A DNA stretch of 64,000 nt from Bdellovibrio sp. GTDB taxonomy: Bacteria > Bdellovibrionota > Bacteriovoracia > Bacteriovoracales > Bacteriovoracaceae. How positions within the stretch are numbered: the first letter of the stretch is position 1; each line of letters starts with the position of its first letter. The stretch is taken from NCBI GenBank assembly GCA_022729855.1, contig DZBG01000003.1:257-64256 (forward strand), given 5' to 3'. A program made the position numbers and the translations under genes. Under the pieces are notes generated by a model. It made no database searches. It saw nothing but the letters and a program-made list of their open reading frames with translations, and was not told the DNA's origin. Below are positions 26,612 through 35,670 of the stretch, in pieces.

Positions 26612-27514
26612 ATGGCCGAAATTTTTGACCGATTACTTATTCGTATCTTATTAACAGGCTTTGTCTGTTTGATGATTTATCTTTATCGGTATGCTCATGT
26701 GTTATTTTATCCGACTGTCAAAAGACAGATTCTTAAAAAAATCCATCCTGCCGAAAACCCTGCGGACACACTCCATATGTTTTCTCGTCTTGTCGGGATA
26801 GCTCTGATTTTCTCCTCTATGACTTTTAATGAGTCCTCAGGTGTTATTCTTTCAGTTTTCCATTTTGTTTTATGGGGAACCATTGCGGTGATTCTCTATC
26901 TTGTTTCACTTTATATTATTGAGTCTGTAGTTCTTTATAATTTCGATTACGCCGATGAAATCCTCAAACGCAAAAACATGTCATATGCCGTAGTCAGTCT
27001 CTGTCACTCGCTAGTGATGGCCTATCTGACTCGAACAATTCTCATTGAAGCTGAGAACTCTCTTGTTATTCTTTTAGTGCTCTGGTTATACATGCTCGTG
27101 ATTGCAGGTTTCTCAGTGAAGTATTACCACTTCATCACTAAGCTTTCATTTAACAGAATGATGATTCAAAAAAATCTCGCGATTTCATTTTCTTATATTG
27201 GCTACAGCCTTGGTGCTGCCTTTATTATCTCAAGTTGCTTTGATCAAGAACACTACGACATCACTATCTACTGTATCCAAGTTTTACTTAAAACAGTCCT
27301 TGCTCTCATTATCTTCCCACTCTTTAAACGTGGGATTCAAAAGATCTTTCCTATCAAGCTTGGGGGAGATGATCGCATGAGTACCCATTTCGAATCTGAT
27401 CAACAAAGTCTAGGTTATGGATTTTACGAAGGCTGTTTGTTTTTAACAGCTGCAATCTTGACCACCATGATCGTGAATAAGATCCAGTTTGGTACAATTT
27501 ACCCGTTCTTCTAA
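26612..27514 (+). CDS. Polytopic membrane protein of unknown function
   Basis: 300-aa ORF with about 7-8 hydrophobic segments. Confidence 0.6.
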   Translation: MAEIFDRLLIRILLTGFVCLMIYLYRYAHVLFYPTVKRQILKKIHPAENPADTLHMFSRLVGIALIFSSMTFNESSGVILSVFHFVLWGTIAVILYLVSLYIIESVVLYNFDYADEILKRKNMSYAVVSLCHSLVMAYLTRTILIEAENSLVILLVLWLYMLVIAGFSVKYYHFITKLSFNRMMIQKNLAISFSYIGYSLGAAFIISSCFDQEHYDITIYCIQVLLKTVLALIIFPLFKRGIQKIFPIKLGGDDRMSTHFESDQQSLGYGFYEGCLFLTAAILTTMIVNKIQFGTIYPFF

Positions 27515-27574
27515 ACCGTAGGACCACTAGGATATAATGGGGACTAAGGAGAATGATCTCCTCTGGAGCCTATT

Positions 27575-28093
27575 ATGAAGAAACTCAATTCTAATGTCTT
27601 TTATCTAATCAACAGTCTTTCAAAAGAGATTGAAAAATTAGAGAACAAGATTTTTACTCTTGAGCAAAAACTAGAGAAGGCCCTCTCCATTGAAAGAAAT
27701 CATCTTTTAAGAGTCAAAAATCATGAAGATCTCTCTGATGATTTTCTCTTTAACGGAAGAACTTATCACGATCTCACTCCTGAGAAAGCTTACAAATTAT
27801 ATAAGAATCAAGACTTTGATTTTATTCTCTTGGATGTTTCAAGTCGCTCTTTTCAGCCACAAGAAAAACTTCCTGAGGCGATTCATATCCCTTTTGAAGA
27901 ACTAGAAGCTAGATTTTTAGAAATCACACAGATGACCACACCTATTCTCATTATCTCAGAAGACGGCTCTAAATCAGTTCTGGCCTGTGAGTTTTTGGTA
28001 AAACGTGGGCATTTTAACTGTAATAATGTTTCTGGTGGATACAAGTATTGGCCAGCTTTCAGAATGAAAGCAGTAAGTGAAAAAACAGCTTAA
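27575..28093 (+). CDS. Rhodanese-like domain protein with N-terminal coiled coil (catalytic Cys replaced)
   Basis: 172-aa ORF. 'ILLDVSS...IHIPFEELE...ILIISEDGSKSVLACEFLVKRGH...VSGGYKYW' fits the rhodanese fold. The active-site loop reads SEDGSKS instead of CxxGxR[ST]. Confidence 0.7.
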   Translation: MKKLNSNVFYLINSLSKEIEKLENKIFTLEQKLEKALSIERNHLLRVKNHEDLSDDFLFNGRTYHDLTPEKAYKLYKNQDFDFILLDVSSRSFQPQEKLPEAIHIPFEELEARFLEITQMTTPILIISEDGSKSVLACEFLVKRGHFNCNNVSGGYKYWPAFRMKAVSEKTA

Positions 28094-28545
28094 ATCAAGC
28101 TGCCTTTATTTTGATTAATCATCAATTCTTTGTAGAGATTATCTAGCATCAACTCAACTCGGTCTAATTCAACCTCTCCTACTTTCGAAGAGTATTTAAT
28201 TTCAAGCTCATTTGTCACTTGAAGCAATGTGTATTTGAATTTTTCACCGTAATCTGTGAGTGAAACTAATTGCTCACGCTTATCAACTTCACTATGCGTG
28301 CGCTTAATATAGCCACGCTTCTCGAGTTCATTAAGATGAGACGTCATTGTTTGTTTTTTTAGACCACAGGCGATCCCAATCATTTTAATTGATGGGCCAT
28401 CGTGCTCTGATAAATACAAAAGGATATCCAAGAAGCTTGGTCTAAGGTCGTTAAATCCGCGGGATTGAAGCTCACGTAAAAGTTCCACACTATAAGCGCG
28501 GTAAATCTTCTTAAGCAAACTTCCGATGTTGGCTATTCGTTTCAT
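28090..28545 (-). CDS. MarR-family transcriptional regulator
   Basis: 151-aa ORF. Winged-helix pattern 'SIKMIGIACGLKKQTMTSHLNELEKRGYIKRTHSEVDKREQLVSLT'. Stop codon region overlaps the convergent rhodanese gene by 4 nt. Confidence 0.85.
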   Translation of the reverse strand: MKRIANIGSLLKKIYRAYSVELLRELQSRGFNDLRPSFLDILLYLSEHDGPSIKMIGIACGLKKQTMTSHLNELEKRGYIKRTHSEVDKREQLVSLTDYGEKFKYTLLQVTNELEIKYSSKVGEVELDRVELMLDNLYKELMINQNKGSLI

Positions 28546-28573
28546 ATGGTATTACTATAATACTATGGTCTGC

Positions 28574-28795
28574 TTAAAGTTCAAGTACTAATTCTTCAAG
28601 CGGCTTGATGATTTCAACTCTTTTTGACGGATGATTAACGGCTTGATTCATCTCAGAATTTGAAAGTGTCACCTTCTCCATCCCAAAACTCCACAATTCT
28701 AATCGAAGACGATCTTTCACATCGACGTTGGGAAGATCCATGGCCTGTGCTCCAAAAGATACAACAGCTAAAATAATGAACATCATCTTTTTCAC
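28574..28795 (-). CDS. Small secreted hypothetical protein
   Basis: 73-aa ORF with signal peptide 'MKKMMFIILAVVSFGAQA'. Confidence 0.45.
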   Translation of the reverse strand: MKKMMFIILAVVSFGAQAMDLPNVDVKDRLRLELWSFGMEKVTLSNSEMNQAVNHPSKRVEIIKPLEELVLEL

Positions 28796-28852
28796 AAAGG
28801 ACTCCTACATTAAGATTCAACACTCTTAAGTAGTATTCAAGTCTGATGCCAT

Positions 28853-28880
28853 AAAAAAGGCCCGAAATTCAGGCCTTTTC
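28853..28880 (-). terminator. Weak hairpin/T-run downstream of rodA
   Basis: AAAAGGCC-(9 nt)-GGCCTTTT. Only 4 G:C pairs, so it is weak. Confidence 0.4.
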
Positions 28881-28917
28881 TATTCTTAAGACTAACAGCT
28901 GTCTAAAATTTAGACGA

Positions 28918-30030
28918 TTAATTAAAGAGGTTTCGACTATTAGAGATGGAAGTCGCGATCCCTATTCCTACTCCGAAGGTCAGCATGCTTGATCCACCAT
29001 AACTCATCAGAGGAAGTGGAATCCCTACAATGGGAAGAAGCCCTGATACCATCGACATATTAATAAAGGCATGACAGAAAAAAATCGCCGCCACACCAAT
29101 GACCATCAAGGAATCAAAAAACCTCTGCACGGAGGTGGCGAGCCAAATGAGCCGCATAAATAAAACGAGGTAGAGAATAATTAAAAAGAGTGATCCAAAA
29201 AATCCATGCTCTTCATTAAAAATAGCAAAAACAAAGTCTGTATGATTTTCAGGTAAATAATTAAGGGAAGCCTGTGATGAGTTTTTAAAACCTTTCCCAA
29301 ATAATCTTCCTGATCCAATGGCAATCTCAGACTGGATAGCGTTATATCCAGACCCTTTGGCATCTTCGTATGGATCAATAAAAGTATGAATACGTTTTCT
29401 CTGATAATCTCTTAATCCAAAATTATACATGAGCACACCTGAAACAAGCCCAATCACACCAAGGGTAGCAATCGTTCTCCAAGTGAGTCTTTTGTAGAAA
29501 ATAATAAAAATAAAAATAAAAACTAATAACATTCCTGTTCCAAGATCGGGCTGAATCACAACCATAATCGCTGGAATCATCGTGATAAGTCCGGGAACAA
29601 TAAGATCTTTAAAGCCTAGCGGTCGCTCTGGTGAGACTCGAGAAAAATAACGTGCTAAACAGAGCACAAGTCCCATCTTCATAAACTCAGAGGGCTGCAT
29701 ACGAATTGGGCCGAGTACAAGCCAACGTTGGGCCCCCATCCCTACCTTTCCCATAATAAGTACGAGAAAGATTAAAAATAAGGTGACGACATAACCGGGA
29801 TAAGCGAATCGTTCAAATGTTTTAGGATTAATGAAACTCACAGTCACGGCCACAATATTAGCTAAAAGAAACCACATGATTTGAGATTGATAAAGTTTAT
29901 CTAAACCTGTGGCAGTATCAGCATGAGTTGATGAATAAAGATTGAGTACTCCCACGATAAAAATTGAAAGCATACTTCCCAAAAAACTAAAATCATAGCG
30001 CTTGAGAAATTGTAATATAGTCTGCTTCAA
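28918..30030 (-). CDS. rodA: SEDS-family peptidoglycan polymerase RodA
   Basis: 370-aa polytopic ORF. 'QPSEFMK', 'DLGT', 'TDFVFAI' and 'PLPLMSYGGSS' motifs. Downstream of PBP2. Confidence 0.9.
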   Translation of the reverse strand: MKQTILQFLKRYDFSFLGSMLSIFIVGVLNLYSSTHADTATGLDKLYQSQIMWFLLANIVAVTVSFINPKTFERFAYPGYVVTLFLIFLVLIMGKVGMGAQRWLVLGPIRMQPSEFMKMGLVLCLARYFSRVSPERPLGFKDLIVPGLITMIPAIMVVIQPDLGTGMLLVFIFIFIIFYKRLTWRTIATLGVIGLVSGVLMYNFGLRDYQRKRIHTFIDPYEDAKGSGYNAIQSEIAIGSGRLFGKGFKNSSQASLNYLPENHTDFVFAIFNEEHGFFGSLFLIILYLVLFMRLIWLATSVQRFFDSLMVIGVAAIFFCHAFINMSMVSGLLPIVGIPLPLMSYGGSSMLTFGVGIGIATSISNSRNLFN

Positions 30031-30045
30031 AGCATTCTCCTCAAA

Positions 30046-32019
30046 TTATTCATCTTCTGGTTCTTCACTTGGTTTTTTAGGAGCAGGATTCGCTCTTAAT
30101 GACTGAACCCAGTTCTCGCGAACAAGTTTATCTTTTTCAAGATTATCTAAGTACATCTGTGGCTGATACTTTTTCATATATGTACTGATCACAGCTTCCA
30201 CCACAGGACCTGCGGCACTCCCTCCGTGACAGCCATGCTCTACAATGGCAGCAGCCGCGATCTTCGGATTATCGTAGGGAGCGAAGGCCACAAAAAGTGC
30301 ATGGTGACGAGAATCAAAATCCATATTCTCACATTTCTGGTAAACCTTATCAGCAGAAGAACTTCTTACCTGTGCCGTTCCCGTCTTACCGGCCATCTGA
30401 ATCCCTTGACCACGACGATAAAAATTTGTTCCTCGAGGATTATTTACTACTTGGTAGAGCCCCTCACGAATAAATTTTAACGTTTTATTATTTTTAAATT
30501 TTATCTGTCCTAAAAGTTCTGGAGTAAATGTTTTGGCCAGGTCACCATTAGGAGCATAAATATCTTTAACGACGTATGGACGATAAATTTTTCCACCATT
30601 AGCAATGGCTCCATAGGCCTGAGCAAGTTGAATTGTAGAGGTGAGTACATAAGACTGCCCAATAGCACATGAAAGAGTTTCCCCTGCCTGCCATTCCACT
30701 CCAAATCTTTTCTTCTTCCATTCTTTAGTAGGAATTAATCCCGATGCTTCTCTTGGAAGTGAGATCCCTGTTCTTGTTCCAAATCCAAAGGCCTTTGCAT
30801 ATTTAGCGATATCATCAATATCCATTCTGTTGGCGGCTTTTTGGAAGTACACATTACAAGATTCACGAATCGCTTTCACAAGTGTTGTTGATCCATGTCC
30901 CTCTTTTTTCCAACAGTGATAAACTTTTCGCCCTAAGCGGTATGAACCGTTACAAAAAACTTCTGTATTCTCATCAATAATTCCTTCTTCAAAAGCCGCA
31001 ATACCTGTGATGGCCTTAAAAGTAGAACCAGGTGAAAAGTGTTCTTGGATATTTCTATCTCGAAGTGGGTTTTCTTTATTATTAATAAGACTGCGCCAGT
31101 AATCAGATGTAATCCCTCTTGAGAATTGAGAAGGATCAAATGAAGGACGTGAAACCATAGTTAAAACTTCACCCGAATCAATATCAAGAGCAACAATTCC
31201 ACCAATTTTTCCTTCAAGAGCATTAAATCCAGCAAGCTGCATATCACGATCAATAGTCAGTTTGACATTCATCCCAGAAACAGGTTTCTCGTCTTCAATA
31301 CCTTTAAATAAATTATCATTATTGATATAACGTTTACGGCGACCTCTTGCATCTACTTCAACAAACTCATGTCCATTTGTTCCACGCAAGTATTTATCAA
31401 GCTGCTCTTCAATTCCAAACTGACCGATGAAATCTCCAAGACGATAATCAATATTATCTCTGTCACGTAGTTTAGGTAATTGAGTCTGAGAGATTTCTGA
31501 AATATAACCAAGCAAATGGGCGCCCACTTCTTTATCTCGATATTCACGAGAAATAAAAGTATCAACACTCACACCAGGTAAATCAAAGTTTTGAGTTTCA
31601 ATTTTTGAAACTTCAGCAAAACTAATATTCTTTTTGATCACAATTGGACGATAAGTCGCTTGATTTGAATTCTTCTTCAGAATCTTTGCAATGGCATCAG
31701 GTTCAAGTTCTAAAATCTTAGTCAGTCTCTCAATCGTATCATCTTTCTCTTGCAAGAACTGTGGAGTAAGGATGGCATCAAAACGAGGAACGTTATCGAC
31801 AATTAACTGATCATCACGAGAGAAGACTTGACCACGAGGGGCCCAAACAACTTCTTTTCTCAGACGATTTTGAATTGAATAATTATGAAGAGTCTCCCCT
31901 TTATAAACTTGCAAATACCAAAGACGCGCAAGAATCAAACCAAAGCATGCTGTTATAATATAGGAAATGAGTGTGGCCCGATCTTTGTGAATCTTGACCA
32001 GTTCTTCTTCACCGAACAT
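30046..32019 (-). CDS. mrdA: Penicillin-binding protein 2 (elongasome transpeptidase)
   Basis: 657-aa ORF. N-terminal TM, 'SPGSTFK' (SxxK), 'SCN' (SxN) and 'KTGTAQ' (KTG) motifs. Confidence 0.9.
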   Translation of the reverse strand: MFGEEELVKIHKDRATLISYIITACFGLILARLWYLQVYKGETLHNYSIQNRLRKEVVWAPRGQVFSRDDQLIVDNVPRFDAILTPQFLQEKDDTIERLTKILELEPDAIAKILKKNSNQATYRPIVIKKNISFAEVSKIETQNFDLPGVSVDTFISREYRDKEVGAHLLGYISEISQTQLPKLRDRDNIDYRLGDFIGQFGIEEQLDKYLRGTNGHEFVEVDARGRRKRYINNDNLFKGIEDEKPVSGMNVKLTIDRDMQLAGFNALEGKIGGIVALDIDSGEVLTMVSRPSFDPSQFSRGITSDYWRSLINNKENPLRDRNIQEHFSPGSTFKAITGIAAFEEGIIDENTEVFCNGSYRLGRKVYHCWKKEGHGSTTLVKAIRESCNVYFQKAANRMDIDDIAKYAKAFGFGTRTGISLPREASGLIPTKEWKKKRFGVEWQAGETLSCAIGQSYVLTSTIQLAQAYGAIANGGKIYRPYVVKDIYAPNGDLAKTFTPELLGQIKFKNNKTLKFIREGLYQVVNNPRGTNFYRRGQGIQMAGKTGTAQVRSSSADKVYQKCENMDFDSRHHALFVAFAPYDNPKIAAAAIVEHGCHGGSAAGPVVEAVISTYMKKYQPQMYLDNLEKDKLVRENWVQSLRANPAPKKPSEEPEDE

Positions 32020-32021
32020 AA

Positions 32022-32558
32022 CTAAATCTCAACTCCCGGAGAGAATCCTTCAGCAGGCACTCTCCAAATAAGATTCATGAGACTAAAAACAATGGGAGAT
32101 AAGACCGCCAGAACAATACTTCCAGGGATAAAACTCCATAGGATTGTTCCAAACTGCTCAAAGCTACTAATTTTTAAACATAGGATAACTGCAACTGTTG
32201 TAAACCAAATAATCTGAAAAAGAAGAGCCGTTAACATCGCAATGATTGGACTTGTTAACTGAAGAAGTTCTTTTAAATAATTGGCAAGAATCATCACTAA
32301 AATTCCCGCCAATGTTCCAAGCGCCCATCCTTCAATCGAGAATGCCGAATGAACTAATTGGAGGGCCAGAATAAGCCATGGAAGAATTGGAGCATTCAAG
32401 CGAATGGCCATAAAAAGAATGACTAAAACATTAAAAGCAAGACGATACTCAAACCACCCGATGGCCGGAAGAAGTGATGAAGTAATAACTTCAAAAATAA
32501 TCATCAATACTAATGTGAGTGAAAAACTTGTTACAAGATGTGAAAACTTCATTCTCAT
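32022..32558 (-). CDS. mreD: Rod shape-determining protein MreD
   Basis: 178-aa hydrophobic ORF between mreC and mrdA. 4-nt overlap with mreC. Confidence 0.75.
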   Translation of the reverse strand: MRMKFSHLVTSFSLTLVLMIIFEVITSSLLPAIGWFEYRLAFNVLVILFMAIRLNAPILPWLILALQLVHSAFSIEGWALGTLAGILVMILANYLKELLQLTSPIIAMLTALLFQIIWFTTVAVILCLKISSFEQFGTILWSFIPGSIVLAVLSPIVFSLMNLIWRVPAEGFSPGVEI

Positions 32559-33394
32559 AATGCCGCCTGAACTGAATACTGAGGGTTAATGACGAGAACT
32601 TCTTCTAGCTTATCAAAGTCAACACTAGGAGCCACTTCAACTGCTAAAGTCATACCAGTATTTTCTTTTTCAATATTAGTGATCATTCCTACTTTGATGC
32701 CCTTTGGATAAACTCCACCGACACCAGCTGTGATCAATTTATCACCAACTTCAATAAGCTCATTTCTCATGACATATTTCAGGGCACATTTAAAATTGTG
32801 AACTCCTTCAACGATCCCATGGGTTCTTGTACGCTCAACAAGGACGTCTACCCGATTATTTTGATCAAGAATGGTAAGAACATCTGAATAATTTTCTGTC
32901 ACTCTGTAGATATAACCAACTAGGCCTTGATCGGTAATAACTGGTGACATGACCATAATCCCGTCGGCCTTCCCTTTATTGAGGCGAATCACTTTAAATT
33001 CGTTAGCTGAATCCCATCCGACAACCTGCGCCAAAACTCTTTGTTCAGAAACTTCCGTCGAGTAATTAAGCAAGCGCTTGAGTCGAAGGTTTTCTTGACG
33101 AATCTCCTCCATTCCAAACAAATCGCTCTCTAGACGTGAAATTTTCTTCTTCAACATCACGTTGTCTTTGCTTGTATCAACAATAGAAATATAGTTTTCC
33201 CAGAGTGAAGAAAGACTTTTATGAGAGTCAGAAATCCCTTTCTGCATAGGTGAGATGACTTCCATCACAACGCGCTGAAAGAGAGTCGGCTCTTCTAAAG
33301 TAAATTTTTTCTGCGAAATGCCATAAATTGCTAAAACCGCAACAATCAAGTTATTTACGATTTTCGCCTTCGAGGTTTCATTGATCAGTCTCAA
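32555..33394 (-). CDS. mreC: Rod shape-determining protein MreC
   Basis: 279-aa ORF. N-terminal TM and coiled coil ('LENLRLKRLL'-like), then C-terminal beta domains 'GLVGYIYRV...GIVEG...VITAGVGGVYPKGIKVG'. Confidence 0.85.
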   Translation of the reverse strand: MRLINETSKAKIVNNLIVAVLAIYGISQKKFTLEEPTLFQRVVMEVISPMQKGISDSHKSLSSLWENYISIVDTSKDNVMLKKKISRLESDLFGMEEIRQENLRLKRLLNYSTEVSEQRVLAQVVGWDSANEFKVIRLNKGKADGIMVMSPVITDQGLVGYIYRVTENYSDVLTILDQNNRVDVLVERTRTHGIVEGVHNFKCALKYVMRNELIEVGDKLITAGVGGVYPKGIKVGMITNIEKENTGMTLAVEVAPSVDFDKLEEVLVINPQYSVQAAL

Positions 33395-33508
33395 AAGTTA
33401 CACCAAGGTTTAAGTTTAGTTAGTAAATAGGTTAACTAAATCATTGCTCAATGCCAATGAATCTCGATAAAATTGTGTGCACTTATCAGTAGATCCAAAG
33501 GACGGTTC

Positions 33509-34996
33509 ATGAAGACGAATTTTACCAGCAAAATGGCTTATTTTATTTTAAGCTTTGTATTTCTTATTATCACAGCAAGCTTCCTTTTCTCGAACTTTAC
33601 AGGTTTCACAATGGGAAGCGCTAAAGAAGTGGCCGAAGTTGACGGGACTCCTGTGACAACTCGTGAATATCAAATGGCCCTTAGCCGCCAAATCGAATTT
33701 TTTAGCCAAATGATGGGTGGCGGGAATATTGACCCTAAACAACTTGAAGCTTTGGGTATTAAACAAACTGTTCTTAACGGACTTATTCAGCAAAAGCTGG
33801 TTCTTAATGCTTCTAAGGAAATGGGACTTTATATTTCATTAGATGAAATTAAGGCCGAGATTAAAAACCTCCCTTATTTCCAAACAACAAATAAATTTGA
33901 TGTAAATTTATACCGTAATGTTCTTCAATCAAATGGATACACTCCAAGTCAATTTGAAGATCTAGTAGGAAACGATGTAAAACAAAGAAAGATGGAAGAT
34001 CTTTTCCAAGCAACAATCGTTTCTCCTTCTTATGTAAAAGATATTTTAAAATTTAAAAATTCAAAAATCATCGTTCATGCAGTGAAGATTCCTCGTCAAT
34101 CTCTAGCTCCAATGGTTTCTGTTTCTGCTGATGAAGTGAAAGCTTATATTGCTGATCCAGCTAATCTTAAAACTCTTCAAAGTGTTTATGATGAAAACCT
34201 CACTCAGTACAATAAACCTGAGCAAGTAAAGGCCCGTCATATCCTTATTAAAGGACAAGACAAAGCGGCTCAAGAAAAGATCAATAAAATTAGAGCAATG
34301 GTAACGACAAAAAACTTTGCTCAAGTAGCGAGCAAAGAAACTCAGGACAATACAGGAACTGCTAACGGTGGTGAGCTTGGATGGTTCTCTCGTGGAAGAA
34401 TGGTTCCTGAATTTGATGATGCTGCTTTTAAGCTAGCTAAAGGATCAATTTCTGAGCCGATCAAAACTTCGTTTGGCTTCCATATTATTTATGTAGAAGA
34501 CAAACAAACTGCAGAAGTAAAAAGTCTTGATGATGTTAAACCTGAACTTGCTCGTATTGCTCTTCAAAAAACGAAGGCCCAAGATCTTGATAAGCTTCTC
34601 AAAGAAACTGAAGCACGTCTTATGACTGAACTAAGCAAAAACGATTTAAGTGAAATCGAAGCCAACTCTAAAAAGCTTGATATGCAGTTCTTTAAATCAA
34701 TTGAAGTGAACAAATTTGACCAGACAGTTGGATCTCTTTCACTTTCTCCAGCCGAAGCAGATCAATTATTTGCTGCTAAAGATGGTGAGATTACAAATTT
34801 TGGTAATCCTGGAACAATCTATCTTATTAAAATCATAAGTAAAACAGACCATACTGCAGCGGATGCAAAAGTAGCTGAGCTTGAGAAGACTGAACAAACA
34901 AACCAAAATCAAACGTTTGGACGTCGCCTGAGAGATGAGCTTGTAAAAATGATGAGAGATAAGTCGAAGGTTGTCACGAACCCTGCTTTGATGTAA
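33509..34996 (+). CDS. ppiD: Periplasmic chaperone / parvulin-type peptidyl-prolyl isomerase, PpiD-like
   Basis: Start moved to the ATG at 33509 (AAAGGA 6 nt upstream). N-terminal TM anchor. Parvulin domain 'ARHILIK...GGELGWFSRGRMVPEFDDAAF...FGFHIIYVED'. Confidence 0.8.
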   Translation: MKTNFTSKMAYFILSFVFLIITASFLFSNFTGFTMGSAKEVAEVDGTPVTTREYQMALSRQIEFFSQMMGGGNIDPKQLEALGIKQTVLNGLIQQKLVLNASKEMGLYISLDEIKAEIKNLPYFQTTNKFDVNLYRNVLQSNGYTPSQFEDLVGNDVKQRKMEDLFQATIVSPSYVKDILKFKNSKIIVHAVKIPRQSLAPMVSVSADEVKAYIADPANLKTLQSVYDENLTQYNKPEQVKARHILIKGQDKAAQEKINKIRAMVTTKNFAQVASKETQDNTGTANGGELGWFSRGRMVPEFDDAAFKLAKGSISEPIKTSFGFHIIYVEDKQTAEVKSLDDVKPELARIALQKTKAQDLDKLLKETEARLMTELSKNDLSEIEANSKKLDMQFFKSIEVNKFDQTVGSLSLSPAEADQLFAAKDGEITNFGNPGTIYLIKIISKTDHTAADAKVAELEKTEQTNQNQTFGRRLRDELVKMMRDKSKVVTNPALM

Positions 34997-35004
34997 TAGA
35001 GAGT

Positions 35005-35235
35005 ATGGCCGATAAAAATTCAAAATTTTCAGAAAATGCTTCTGGAAAATATTATGTAGATGACCAGTGTATTGCTTGCGATGCTTGCTGTGTTGAAGCT
35101 CCCAAGTTCTTTTTCATGAATGATGATGAAGGACATGCTTTTGTAAAAATCCAACCTCAAACTCCTGAAGAGTTAGTGGATTGTGAGAATGCCATGGCGG
35201 CTTGTCCGGTTGAAGCTATTGGAAATGATGGTTAA
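35005..35235 (+). CDS. Small 4Fe-4S ferredoxin
   Basis: 76-aa ORF. 'CIACDACCVEAP' plus distal 'CPVEAI'. Confidence 0.85.
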   Translation: MADKNSKFSENASGKYYVDDQCIACDACCVEAPKFFFMNDDEGHAFVKIQPQTPEELVDCENAMAACPVEAIGNDG

Positions 35236-35240
35236 ATAAT

Positions 35241-35276
35241 AAAAAAAAAGCCCCTCGCAAGAGGGGCTTTTTTTTT
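35241..35276. terminator. Bidirectional intrinsic terminator (ferredoxin / convergent Trp-rich gene)
   Basis: A9-GCCCCTC-GCAA-GAGGGGC-T9, a perfect symmetric hairpin with runs on both sides. Confidence 0.85.
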
Positions 35277-35535
35277 ATGCAGCGTTTTTCCAAACTTCTT
35301 TAGTCCAAGTCGAGTGAGTATCAGCTACCCAATTTTTTGAGCGAAGTTTATCGTGAACAAAATGTTCAAGGTCAGCTGGAGTTGAAACATCAACCCACAT
35401 AACCATATCCCATTCACCCATAGTAGAAGCGGCCCATTTCACCTCTTTCCACTCTTTAAGCCATGCCCAGTTTTCCCAAACAGGAGCTTCTTTATTCCAT
35501 TTTACAAATACTTGTGCAGTCCATTTTTCCGACAT
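35275..35535 (-). CDS. Stand-alone Lrp/AsnC-type ligand-binding (RAM)-like small protein, Trp-rich
   Basis: 86-aa ORF with AAGGA upstream. 'GEWDMVMWVDVSTPADLEHFVHDKLRSKNWVADTHSTW' follows the AsnC_trans_reg pattern. 12 Trp residues counted. Confidence 0.6.
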   Translation of the reverse strand: MSEKWTAQVFVKWNKEAPVWENWAWLKEWKEVKWAASTMGEWDMVMWVDVSTPADLEHFVHDKLRSKNWVADTHSTWTKEVWKNAA

Positions 35536-35670
35536 AAAACATCCTTGTTATTAATTACCAACAGCAAACTTATCGATAATACCTGAAGCTTCTTTATCTA
35601 AATTATGTAAAAAAGTGAGAGCGGCAAACTTAGTATTTACATTCAGACTCTCAGAGAAGATAAGTCGCCT

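Noticed and set aside
35008-35015. GCCGATAA, identical to the sigma-28 (FliA) -10 consensus.
   Set aside because: It lies inside the first codons of the ferredoxin gene (ATGGCCGATAAA = M-A-D-K). There is no TAAA -35 element at 15-nt spacing and no flagellar gene downstream. It is a coincidence.
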